Source of the DNA: Perkinsus chesapeaki ATCC PRA-425
Taxonomy: Eukaryota; Protista; Perkinsozoa
Assembly (NCBI GenBank): GCA_013115145.1
Contig: JAAPAO010000133.1
Span: 1 to 64,000, forward strand
Reading direction: 5' to 3'
Length of the DNA: 64,000 nucleotides
The number at the start of each line of letters is the position of its first letter. Position 1 is the first letter of the stretch. Below the pieces are notes generated by a model, which was not told the origin of the DNA, did not search any database, and worked only from the letters and a program-made list of their open reading frames with translations. Shown in pieces: positions 1-10,134 of the stretch. The translations under genes and the position numbers were made by a program.

Positions 1-870
1 GGTACAATGACTACGCCTGTCTACACGACAAATCAATCAGCGACTACTACCGGTCCTTCGGTGACAACAACGATCATTCCCGGTAACTCTACTGATGACT
101 TGACTACCACTGCCCCAATCTCCAATACCCCTACTCCAACAAATANNNNNNNNNNNNNNNNNNNNNNNNNNNNNNNNNNNNNNNNNNNNNNNNNNNNNNN
201 NNNNNNNNNNNNNNNNNNNNNNNNNNNNNNNNNNNNNNNCAAAAACTACGTTGTGGGATGAAGTTACGCAGCCTATCAATGCCACTACCACTACCTCCCC
301 CACGTCGGAGGCCAATGATACAATGACTACGCCTGTCTACACGACAAATCAATCAGCGACTACTACCGGCCCTTCGGTGACAACCACGACCATTCCCGGT
401 AACTCTACTGATGACTGGACTACCACTGCCCCAATCTCCAATACCCCTACTCCAACAAATACTACGTTGTGGGATGAAGTTACGCAGCCTATCAATGCCA
501 CTACCACTACCTCCCCCACGTCGGAGGCCAATGGTACAATGACTACGCCTGTCTACACGGCAAATCAATCAGCGACTACTACCGGTCCTTCGGTGACAAC
601 GACCCTTCCCGGTAACTCTACTGATGACTGGACTACCACTGCCCCCATCTTCAATACCTCTACTCCAACAAATACTACGTTGTGGGATGAAGTTACGCAG
701 CCTACCAATGCAACTAGCACTACCTCCCCCACGACGGCGACCAATGATACGGTGACTACACCTGTCTACACGACAAATGAACTGGCAACTACCACCGGTC
801 CTTCAGTGACAACAACAGCCATTCCTGGTAACTTCACTGATGACTGGACTACAACTGCGCCAACCTTCAA
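1..870 (+). repeat. Coding tandem repeat, unit 213-216 bp, at least 3 full copies plus a partial copy
   Basis: The anchor ttgtgggatgaagttacgcagcc recurs at 251, 467 and 680 (spacing 216 and 213); the last copy is more diverged. Confidence 0.9.
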
Positions 871-1063
871 TACCACAACTGAAGTACTACTCAATTCAAC
901 TGAGGCAGCTGGCACTTCGAGTCAATATACTACGCTCGGATCATCAACCACCTCAATGAGCACTACTGGAGTGAATATCACTCAGGCTCCTCTTTCAACG
1001 ACTGTAAAGCCTTCCATATCTCAGTCTACTGAGACCACTGGTTTTAGGCTTAGAAGAATGTAG
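1..1063 (+). CDS. Thr/Ser/Pro-rich mucin-like tandem-repeat protein (5' end outside window, interrupted by N gap)
   Basis: ORFs 7..261 and 251..1063 encode the same ~71-72 aa unit (LWDEVTQPINATTTTSPTSEANDTMTTPVYTTNQSATTTGPSV...GNSTDDWTTTAP) with several N-X-S/T sequons per unit. Confidence 0.8.
146..239. other. Assembly gap (94 N) inside the tandem repeat
   Basis: Run of N from 146 to 239. Confidence 0.99.
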
Positions 1064-1800
1064 CTCGACATCACTAGATGAGATTTAGTTATGTAATCGT
1101 ACTGACTGATCTTTCCCGTGCATGCGACAAACTCCATCTGGAGACCAAATGGAGTCCAAATTTTGGAAACAGACTGGTGAGCAACGGGCGACAGGCTCAT
1201 TTGATTGTCTCACGTATATTTAAAGCGTGTTGAGTAGTACTAGTGAGTGTCGGTATGGCAGTGAACGAAGATCAATCATCAACACCAGCCGAGAAGACAT
1301 GGAATATATACCACTAATTCTCGCTCCAACTTGTCCCTTTGGCTTCACGATGGAGTGATCCATCTTGAAGGTTGCTATTGTTGCTACATTTACTTAAGCA
1401 TAAGATTAAGCAAGATTTAATGGAGCGATGCACTTGGCAATCATGAATCTGGATTCCTGATTCAGCATTCCTGGATAGTTCGTCGAGTCTCGGTATGGAT
1501 TGTAGCAATTGGCTGCGGAGGTGGTATTCACAAAAAAAGGGGAGCATGACAAAATAGCACACAGTCGGGTTTGGTCGTGGACCTGCAACTCACAGAGGCC
1601 ATCATGAAGCCTCCTGCAGTACAGGTGTGTCCTGAGCAACACAGTTCTACAAGGCTACGTGGCGTCCTCCAACACCCATAAACTAAACAACACAACTGTC
1701 TTATTATATTTTTTCATCGAACAAATTGAGAATTAAATTCATAGTAGACTAGATAAGTGTATTTACGAATTTGTTGTTAGAGTATCACCAACAAGTGAAT

Positions 1801-2922
1801 TCACTGAGCCTTCTGTTGTTGAGTAGACTGTTTCGCCTCCTTGTCAGTAACTGCAGGAGAAGCCTTCTTCTCAGATTGAACGGGAGCAGTGAACCGTTGA
1901 GCTAGCTGATCCAGATCAGTCTGAGCAGCCTGAAGAGCACCCACCAACTCTCTGGCAGCAGCCTTGTTCTCGACAAAACCAAGGTCGCTGAGCATATCAA
2001 TGAAGTCTCTAGCTTCAGGGTTAGACTCGACCTGCTGGAGCTGCTTGGTCTCGTCGGCAACCTCCTTCGAATCCTTCTTCGACTCTGGTTGCTCATAACC
2101 CATAAGACGATTGGCGACTTGTTGCAAGCCAGACACGTTTTGGAACATCCTGCTCACCAAATCTTCACCACTCTTCTTGTCGCTTACGAAGCCCGACTTG
2201 GCCAGGAAGTCTGCCATGGCGTCCTTGGCCTCCTTCTCAGAAGACACCTCCTTCTCCATGTGCGTGACCTCTGGCTTCGAACCGGCCTTTTCAACTGACT
2301 TGTCGACGCTCACCTCCACCTTAGGCTTCTCTTCCTCAGTAGTTGCCTTCTTCTCGACTGAAGCAGAAGCTACTGAGCTTTTCTGCTCTCCCTTCGAAGC
2401 AATCTTCTCAGCCTCAGCAGGAGCTTGGTCCTTAACCGCATCTTGCTTCTCCTGTTCCTCTTTCTTGGCCTTCAAGGTCTGAGCAACCTTGCCGAGGTCC
2501 TGGTCAGCAGCCAACATACTATCAACCAATTGTAGGGCAGAAAGAGGACTGCTAACATAGTCGAGGTCGTCGAGAAGATCGGCCACCATAAGGCTAACAG
2601 GATCAAGAGGAGTGAAGCTGGGCTCTTTACCACCCTCAACATCAACATAGATATCCAATACTGGCAAGGAGTTGGTGGCTTTACCCTCAGCTTCGGCACC
2701 GGCTATAGCATCAGGAAGTGATAAATTGTTGAGAAGGCAGAACTCATTATCCTCATCCATGTAAAAGAGACGATAGTCCCTCACTTGAAGTTCACGCCAT
2801 GCTTTCTCAACATACTCACACAACTTGTCGTATGACTGAAGGTCTTCAGGATCAACTCTGATACGAAGTGTTTCGGAATCAGTGTGTAGTTTAAGGCAAA
2901 GGACGCTTGCTGTAGATGACAT
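1801..2922 (-). CDS. Intronless PB1-domain protein with three UBA-like helical repeats
   Basis: N-terminal LCLKLHTDSETLRIRV...YRLFYMDEDNEFCLL fits a PB1 fold (basic Lys plus acidic OPCA motif). Three repeats of D.L..(L/S)(G/D)(F/Y)V.....A..LV..(M/L).....L..(V/L)A are separated by K/E-rich linkers. First ATG at 2922. Confidence 0.75.
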   Translation of the reverse strand: MSSTASVLCLKLHTDSETLRIRVDPEDLQSYDKLCEYVEKAWRELQVRDYRLFYMDEDNEFCLLNNLSLPDAIAGAEAEGKATNSLPVLDIYVDVEGGKEPSFTPLDPVSLMVADLLDDLDYVSSPLSALQLVDSMLAADQDLGKVAQTLKAKKEEQEKQDAVKDQAPAEAEKIASKGEQKSSVASASVEKKATTEEEKPKVEVSVDKSVEKAGSKPEVTHMEKEVSSEKEAKDAMADFLAKSGFVSDKKSGEDLVSRMFQNVSGLQQVANRLMGYEQPESKKDSKEVADETKQLQQVESNPEARDFIDMLSDLGFVENKAAARELVGALQAAQTDLDQLAQRFTAPVQSEKKASPAVTDKEAKQSTQQQKAQ

Positions 2923-3901
2923 ACTTTTCAAAATAATTTATTAATAACTAACGAAAAGGAGAATATGAACTGAACAATCCGGCTCTGTATTATTTCAGAT
3001 TGCACTCGAATTATGATACGAACTTTATGCTAGAATAGTATCATCGAACACAAAGCTTGTGTCCCGGTATCACAATTGACCACACTTCCGCCGCGAATCC
3101 AATCCATATCGACCTCCACTAGTGTAAATCCGAAATACGGCACTAGTCACCGGTAGACCAGCGGCAAGCCATCAAACTGTTGCAACCATCATGAGCCCGA
3201 GATAATACAGGGCTCATGTTTCGCCTTGCCTTCCCATCGTAGTTAGTATGCTTGCCTATTCGCACCCGGCACTACACATAACCATTCGCTACCAGGATTG
3301 TATGACAATCTTTTGGCATGACAAGTTGTATTAAAAGTGACTAACTTGTGACCTCTACCAGCTCTGGGCAATACAACATTAATTCCATAGAATATGTGCT
3401 TCCCTCAGTAACAACAACAAGCCTCCGACTAGAGCCTCTCAAACAAGCAAGCAGCAGCTAAGACTTTCATTGTCCTTTCTTAACCTTTAAATGACGATAT
3501 TTCCAGCGCATGCGCTTTCGGGACTCCCGTTGTTGATGTCGTATTTGATGTGGGCCACATACACTTGACGCATGCAGGTGAGGATTCGTCATGATTCGCA
3601 TATAGGTCCGTGTGTTGCCTGTGAGTCGTAATTAGGTCTTGCGTTGCGAATCAACGGCTCCACGTGCTACCGGCGGTAGCCTACTGCTTTAATAATAGTT
3701 CGAATAGATTATGTATGATGCGGGCGTATGTATCCTATTTCGCAGTAAAGGTGGAATGAACTGCTCTCAGTTCACCAGCGCGCTCTCTGTTTTTTTCCAC
3801 TCGCTTTGAACAGTGGTTCTTACGGAGCTCATTACCCTACGAGCAACTGTTGCCTAAAGCAACAACGAGACCCTTCAACATAATAGAAACACAGTTCTTT
3901 A

Positions 3902-5432
3902 TCACAGTGGCTCGTCAAGCGCGTAAACAGGGCTTCCCCGTCTAGGCCGCGGCAAATCCTCTGGCTCTTCAGGAGGATCCGAGGGCGGCGCCGCCGCTGA
4001 CCAATCTGCAGAGGCAGCATTCTAATCTAGCAAAAAAAGAAATACTCACCAGGCTGATCTCCCCACTCCTCTTGTTCCTGTTCCCATTTTTCTATCTCCC
4101 TCTCCCGGAACTGAACCCTCAAGGGTATCTTGTACCTCGCAGGCTCTTCCTCCTGATCCTCTTCGGTTGGCGCCAAACACACTCCCTGACATCAATACAC
4201 TTTAAACCTCAACGCGCATGATGCGTCGTACTCCTGCTCGGCTTCTCCAAGAGCCCGCCCTTGTATCCCACATAGGCCCCTCCGTTCTAAAGAACATCCA
4301 TAAAATAAACCAGAATACCCAAGAGACCAACCTCTCCCGTATAGGCGACGGTGATCGCTGTCGATACCAGTCATGCTCCCATCGCCTGCCACGCGTGCGC
4401 CTTCTCTTATGCCTGTTATAATATAACTTCATTTACTCAACCGGCAAGACTCTCTTACTTCTGCTCAACCTCCTTATACTTTTCGACATCGTAGGCTTGG
4501 TTTAGAGGATTGAACGGATCGGGCGGCCGAGACTCGTCGTCATCCTCTGGGTCCTCGCGAAGTAGGCCGCCAGTGCTGACAGACTCCTCCTTGTGGTGCT
4601 TGTGGTGATGATGATGCTTCTTCTTCTTTTTTTTCTTCTTTCCCTCTGTCTCATCCACATCCTTCTCCAAGTCTATCACTTCCGATGATTTATTTTTAGA
4701 CTTCTTCTTTTTCTTTTTCTTCTCCTTCTTGCCGTCCTCACCGCGAATGTCGGCATTCGTGAGCCTGTTCTGATACAGCCTGAAAACAGACAGGTTGCGG
4801 TATACAACAACATCTACCGTTAGAGCCACAACTGAGATCTACATTGCGCGTTAAGCTCCAATCAACTAGGGCTTTTGATCATAACGAAGTATCAGACACC
4901 AATTCTTCTACGTCTTCCACCACACTGTGGATATTATCAACCCGCGTACATCTCCCGCTGTACAGGTGTGGCTCTCCTCTGTGGACAAGAGAGCAGCTCC
5001 TTGAGAGTCAGATGCAAGTTCGAGGATTCGCATCCTCGGTTCCCTCTTTCCTCGTTCACCATTGTTGAACCGCGAAATGAATCAACAACCGTCTCTACTC
5101 CACAGGCTCGTGGAGACAGACAGCGCGTGAGCGGTGAGAGGAGGTGACCGCTGCCGTGATGCCGCTAACACTCCTATCGCCCATGTACGCAACTGCACAC
5201 GGAGCCTCGACAGCTCGAGCAGGAGCTCTCGTCGTTCAAATCAGTGTCGTGCTCCTGACTCCTGTGAAGAAGCTTACCCATGCTCCTGTGAGAACTCCAT
5301 TGCCATAATCTCCGCCTCAGTAAAACCAGAATCGAGCATTTTCTGTCTCTTCTTCTCCCTCTCCGTCAACACTAGCAATGCCTCAGAGTCGTCATCACAC
5401 TCCATACGATTCTTCGACGATGAGGTTGCCAT
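3902..5432 (-). CDS. Hypothetical multi-exon protein with poly-Lys/His tracts (probably nuclear)
   Basis: First exon MATSSSKNRMECDDDSEALL...FSQEHG ends at a gtaagc donor. Exon 4455-4800 is KKKKKKKK/HHHHHKHH-rich; further R/E-rich exons follow. 3' end uncertain. Confidence 0.55.
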
Positions 5433-5581
5433 TGCGTAGGCGGCCTCTGCCGCGAGTGGCTAATGTACTACTAACGGTTTCACCATTATCAACCGTAACT
5501 ACTCACGCGACACTAATCTTTAAACTGAAGAAATTAACCTTTGGATTTGCCTTTAAATTATACAGTAAAAACCTCATCACT

Positions 5582-6670
5582 TTAGTGCTCCGAAGCTTCA
5601 TAATCGACACGGTACTCTCCCTTCCTTCCCGGCTTCCCTTCGTCTCCGCCGCTGCCAGACTGTTCCTTGTTCAAGTTGGTCTCCACAGTAACACTGATGT
5701 TCCCGGCGCCCATACCGTCTATCACCAAGTTTTCCCCCCGGACTATGCGAGCCCCCGAATGCGCCTGTCGGTCCATAGGTGTTCGAGGGTAATAGACCCG
5801 AGCCCAGAAGGAGTCCAGTGTCGGACAAATCGGTCGGACCTCCGCCACGCCTCCGGGGACAAGCGTTTGTGTGCCCTCTTCCACAGGGAACATGCAAACC
5901 TTATCAGTCGATTTAAAGAGACACACTTTTAGTGTAGATGGGGTGTTGTTCACCAGTTTGATCGGCAAATGCTTCCGCTTCAGGACCGACTCTGCAGTGG
6001 TGTCCCGCGCCTCGTATATCTGACCTATACGCTTCTCCACCAGTGTCAATGTCTCCTTGTTCGGTACGAAGCCTAGCACTATGCTGACAGCTCCAGCATG
6101 AATCTTAACTCTTGCCGAATAGGAGCTCAGCATCGCCGCATCACCAACCAGTTGTCTGCCGACTTGCTCCAGTAGCTCGTTCGTGCCGTCATTATCATCA
6201 CTATCACCCAGAGCAAATTGCAGCTCATCAAGAGCGTTCCTTATTATCCCAACCGCGCCGTGTAGCGTCTGTCCCTCCGCCGAGACTTGAAGTAGACTGT
6301 CAACCCACTGAGCTTGGCGGCGCATGCCCCAAACCTCGTCCCTCGGGGAAATGCCCAAGAGCTCATCATATGCCAACAGCAACAGGCTCGCAATCCTTCT
6401 GCAGGTCCTCGCCTGCCCCATCACATGACAGACCGTCTGCACCGCCTCCGGAGTCGAGCTCTTGCTCGAGTCTATCTTGGAAACCACGGCAATGGCGGCC
6501 GAACGCAGATCTGCGAAGAGACACACCACCGAGTCTGGCACCACCACATCCTCCTCTTCGTCAGCCGAGGCCTTCGAAGCCGGTGAGAATAGCAAATGGC
6601 TCCGCATGAACATGAAACCGTAAGATACCTGCACGTCATCCCCCTGCCATCCCACTACAAAACAACACAC
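5582..6670 (-). CDS. Hypothetical protein (~350 aa, possibly one short 5' intron)
   Basis: Long stop-free ORF: helical N-terminal half, beta-rich C-terminal segment (KLVNNTPSTLKVCLFKSTDKVCMFP). Family not recognised. Confidence 0.7.
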   Translation of the reverse strand: MCCFVVGWQGDDVQVSYGFMFMRSHLLFSPASKASADEEEDVVVPDSVVCLFADLRSAAIAVVSKIDSSKSSTPEAVQTVCHVMGQARTCRRIASLLLLAYDELLGISPRDEVWGMRRQAQWVDSLLQVSAEGQTLHGAVGIIRNALDELQFALGDSDDNDGTNELLEQVGRQLVGDAAMLSSYSARVKIHAGAVSIVLGFVPNKETLTLVEKRIGQIYEARDTTAESVLKRKHLPIKLVNNTPSTLKVCLFKSTDKVCMFPVEEGTQTLVPGGVAEVRPICPTLDSFWARVYYPRTPMDRQAHSGARIVRGENLVIDGMGAGNISVTVETNLNKEQSGSGGDEGKPGRKGEYRVDYEASEH

Positions 6671-6723
6671 ATTGAGTAATTCTGAAACTCACAATATTAA
6701 GAAACTGATATCTTCTTTATTCT

Positions 6724-9709
6724 CTATCCACCAGCGGCCCGGTTGATCTCCCAGATATCCTTCACAGTTGCGTTCTCATCATCAACATAAAGCATATTGT
6801 CATACCTAACACCAAAACTCTCCCTCTGCTGTCTCCAAGCAGCTCACATATTCACGGTAGGATCGCAGTGGGCCGGCTGGATCAGCACAGCTCCCCCTGG
6901 TCTCTCGCAATGGCGCTCGCCCACCAAGGCTTTCAATGACTCGTTGCTGCCCTTTAACACGGTGTGCTCGTCACCAGCGCAACTGACACTGATGCCCTTG
7001 GCCGCCCCGCCAGCTGCACCGAAATAGGGAGAGACTTCCACAGGACCACGACCGTTGGGAACAGAACCGTAGAACACCGGAGACCTGATTTGAGGAAACG
7101 TCGGTATGACAGAGATGTACCCCCCGCCCACTTTATGCAACTGTAGTCCATTCCCTTCGTCCCAACGTCCAGAACGAGTCGACCGTCGCCAATACCTACA
7201 GCATCTCGTAGGGCGGCGGCAGAGGAGGCAGGGGAGGGGAGGGGAGGAAGGCTTACTTATAATGCTAGCCAGAACGAAGAGACTTGGTTTAAATATGGCG
7301 TCGTGATTAGCACAGTAATCGGCGTCCATGAACAGATATGATCCCGGCTGGACCTATACACCAACAGGGATCAAAGAGACGTACTGCATCAACAAGCCTA
7401 GCGCGATCTGATGAACTTCTCCCCCTGTGGAGAGGCGAACTATAGCCCAGTAATAGGCGGGCTTTATTATCCTTTTATTATCGGGTTTTGGGTTTTCGGG
7501 TTTCGGGTTTACCTCCTTGACGCAGCATTATTCTCAGTGAAATACACTGCAGTGAGGTATACTTTAGATACCGAGGAGTAGAAATGATTTTATGATCGGC
7601 CAGTAGGTGATGTGAATAATATAATGACAGCCCGGAATCACCAGCCGAGTGAAAAGAAGGATAATCATAACTTAATCACACAGGCAAGCGATCACTATTC
7701 GATAGCCCTAGTTTAGCCTTACCTCAGTAAACTGCCCACTATTGCCCTCCATTGTGAATGAGCCTGTACCTCCACCGGTAACACTATTTATTTCCAAACC
7801 AGCTTTATTAAACTCCCTTCTAACCTCCTCTACTATCTGTACCACAACATCACTCTCACTTTTACGATCAACTGGATCTCTAATTTGCTGTATTCCGCCA
7901 TGGTAGGCCTGACCAAACGGACAAGAGAGTCACTAACATTCATATAGCATTTTCGTTTGGCTACGACCCACGGGAAGCATTCTACTATCTCAGATAGTCT
8001 ACCTCTATTACACTATCTCTATAATATTTTAATTTACTAAAGCCCAATTATAATTATAATAATATCATCGCCTTCACCTCTAACAGGAGCTAATACCCAT
8101 AGGCACGCCGTACTGATATACAGTATTATCAAAACCTCAGTATAATACTCCATATCTATTGGATGCTCTACCTTCGCAATGATAGATTTCTGCATATTAT
8201 CTATTTCTTTACATCTCGATTTACGCTGATATATTTACTTAATACGTGCTCAATCCTTCCACTGTTTACCCCAACTAACACATTACTATTACTGAAACGC
8301 CTCATTGCTATCAATGTTGAGTAATGAGCCCAGAAGGGTTGATAGGGTATATCTACTAAGAAGTACCAAGTACAGACCGAGGTGAACTACCCCACACCAC
8401 CACCACAAGGCCGTCCCTTCACTACCTGTATTCCGCCCCTAAAGGTAACACCTTGACCCTCTAAGCTAAGCACGCTCTGGGCTAATGTAACTGCCTCTGC
8501 TGGAGTAGACAGGCCACATCTGCCTTGTCCGACATCAACGTCTATAACACACTCTATCTTAGTCTTCGGATTGTATTGCATAACTGCCGCTGATAAGCAG
8601 GCAACTTGGTGGGGATGGTCAACACAGACCTGAACAACAACACCCAAGACCGCATATCTCCTGACTATACGAGCTGAATGTATCAACACCGCGGCAATCC
8701 TCGGTGGTGGTGTGGTTGAGGAAGCATGTTCGAGTAGAAGTAGCAGCAATAGAAGAATGATGGCTTGGTTACTATAAATAATGATGAGCTTTAATACTAC
8801 CTTCAATGAGTCAACACGGCTCGCTATATCTACTAGCCTTTGAAGGGACTCTGGCTGCAACTGAGGTTCATTCGATATTAATATGTCCTTAGCTCCACCC
8901 TGACCATAAAGATAAGTAACAACTCTACGAACGAAGCCAACAGTAACACTTTGCCCAAAAGAAGCTGACGAGCCGAGCCGGAGTAGTCAGTGGGTCCCCT
9001 CCAAAAAATATCGACCAAAACAAAATTCAGATCATCCACTTAAAGAAGCTCCACTTCCCTCAGTACCTTCACACAGGTCTCCGCTTCTGTTAGCGTTTGA
9101 CAAGAAAAACCAACGGCGCCATCCTGATAGTGAACATGTCCAGCCTGGGGTTCGAACCCACGACCTTCCTCCTACTCACCTCCAGCTGTATGCGGGCGAT
9201 AGCCGGACTCTTGTGGGCCTTGGCATGTGGACGGAAGTTACACTTGAGCAAATTCTCGTGACTGAAATATAATTTAATAGCATCAAGTCACTTCACTGCA
9301 AGGGACACGTGAGGATCTCAAAGAGCACACAGTAAAGGGACACTGTTCTATTATACCAACCCTTCCAGGAGCCCCTATAGCAGGCCAGAACTGCCTTGCA
9401 GCACCAGTGGATACTAAGCAGATTAATACTAATATATCAATGATACATTACTCCATAGTCATATACCGATATTAATGATATATAGTGGACTGATGCTGGT
9501 TGCTATGAATGCATTACAAAGGTTCACATCCATCCCACGAAAGGTACCTTCCCAAACATCCACTACCTATTAAAAATATGATCCATCTTTTCCCTGTTAT
9601 ATGCAAATGCGCTCTCCATTACAACCAGCCTCGGAGTCTCGATCCTCGACAGATGACGGCCCAACGCGTGTAGCTGACGCAGGGAGGAACTGGATGTTGC
9701 TGCTTTCAT
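6724..9709 (-). CDS. D-threonine aldolase / D-serine dehydratase (DSD1) family, PLP-dependent alanine-racemase-like fold, about 10-11 exons
   Basis: Spliced motifs in the expected order: IETPRLVV, RPHAKAHK (PLP Lys), GAVGFSCQTLTEAE, DILISNE, VIDVDVGQGRCG, GIQ|AYHGGIQQIR, VTGGGTGS, TE|VQPGSYLFMDADY, VLDVGTKG, GDEHT, PAHCDPTVN, VKDIWEINR. Confidence 0.9.
7482..7510 (+). repeat. Short telomere-like degenerate (TTTNGGG) tract inside an intron
   Basis: cgggttttgggttttcgggtttcgggttt: four GGG blocks separated by T3-4(C). Confidence 0.4.
9137..9166 (-). other. tRNA 3'-half-like fragment (variable loop, T-arm, acceptor 3' strand) within an intron
   Basis: Minus strand reads aggtc gtggg TTCGAAC cccag gctggac a; no 5' half upstream. 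Confidence 0.45.
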
Positions 9710-10134
9710 AAAGTCAAATCAAATACTAAACCATGAAATACATCACCACCATTCCCTGCACCGCCCCTCGACTCGAACTTTTGCTATGGAGCACGGTCTA
9801 CAGCTCCACCATCATTGAGAATGCCAGAGAGCTTTGAACTGACGCTAGGCCCTCTCCCACACAGTTCTTCTGACTTGGTAGAAACTATATAGGTTGCAAT
9901 TATTCCAGCTTGTGGGTGGGACAGTACCGGGAGTCCATACTAATTTACCTGATGACAGCAAAGTCCCCGATAGCTGTCTCCACCCAGGCCACCGGAAAGT
10001 GTATGCCTCCCGCTTCTATCAGAATTTCCGTATCTCGCCGGCTTAGTCGGCATTAATGCAACCAACTATACCGAATTAGGCGAAATCGTGAAATTTCGCG
10101 CAAGAGATGTTCGACGCTATCAGGCTTCACCTTG

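Noticed and set aside
1314-1680. Short ORFs between the mucin and PB1 genes
   Set aside because: No recognisable motifs and frames interrupted by stops; treated as intergenic/UTR.
3190-3218. Perfect 9-bp hairpin catgagccc-N11-gggctcatg in intergenic DNA
   Set aside because: Isolated stem with no snoRNA, snRNA or SL RNA motifs; one such stem in 64 kb is not unexpected.
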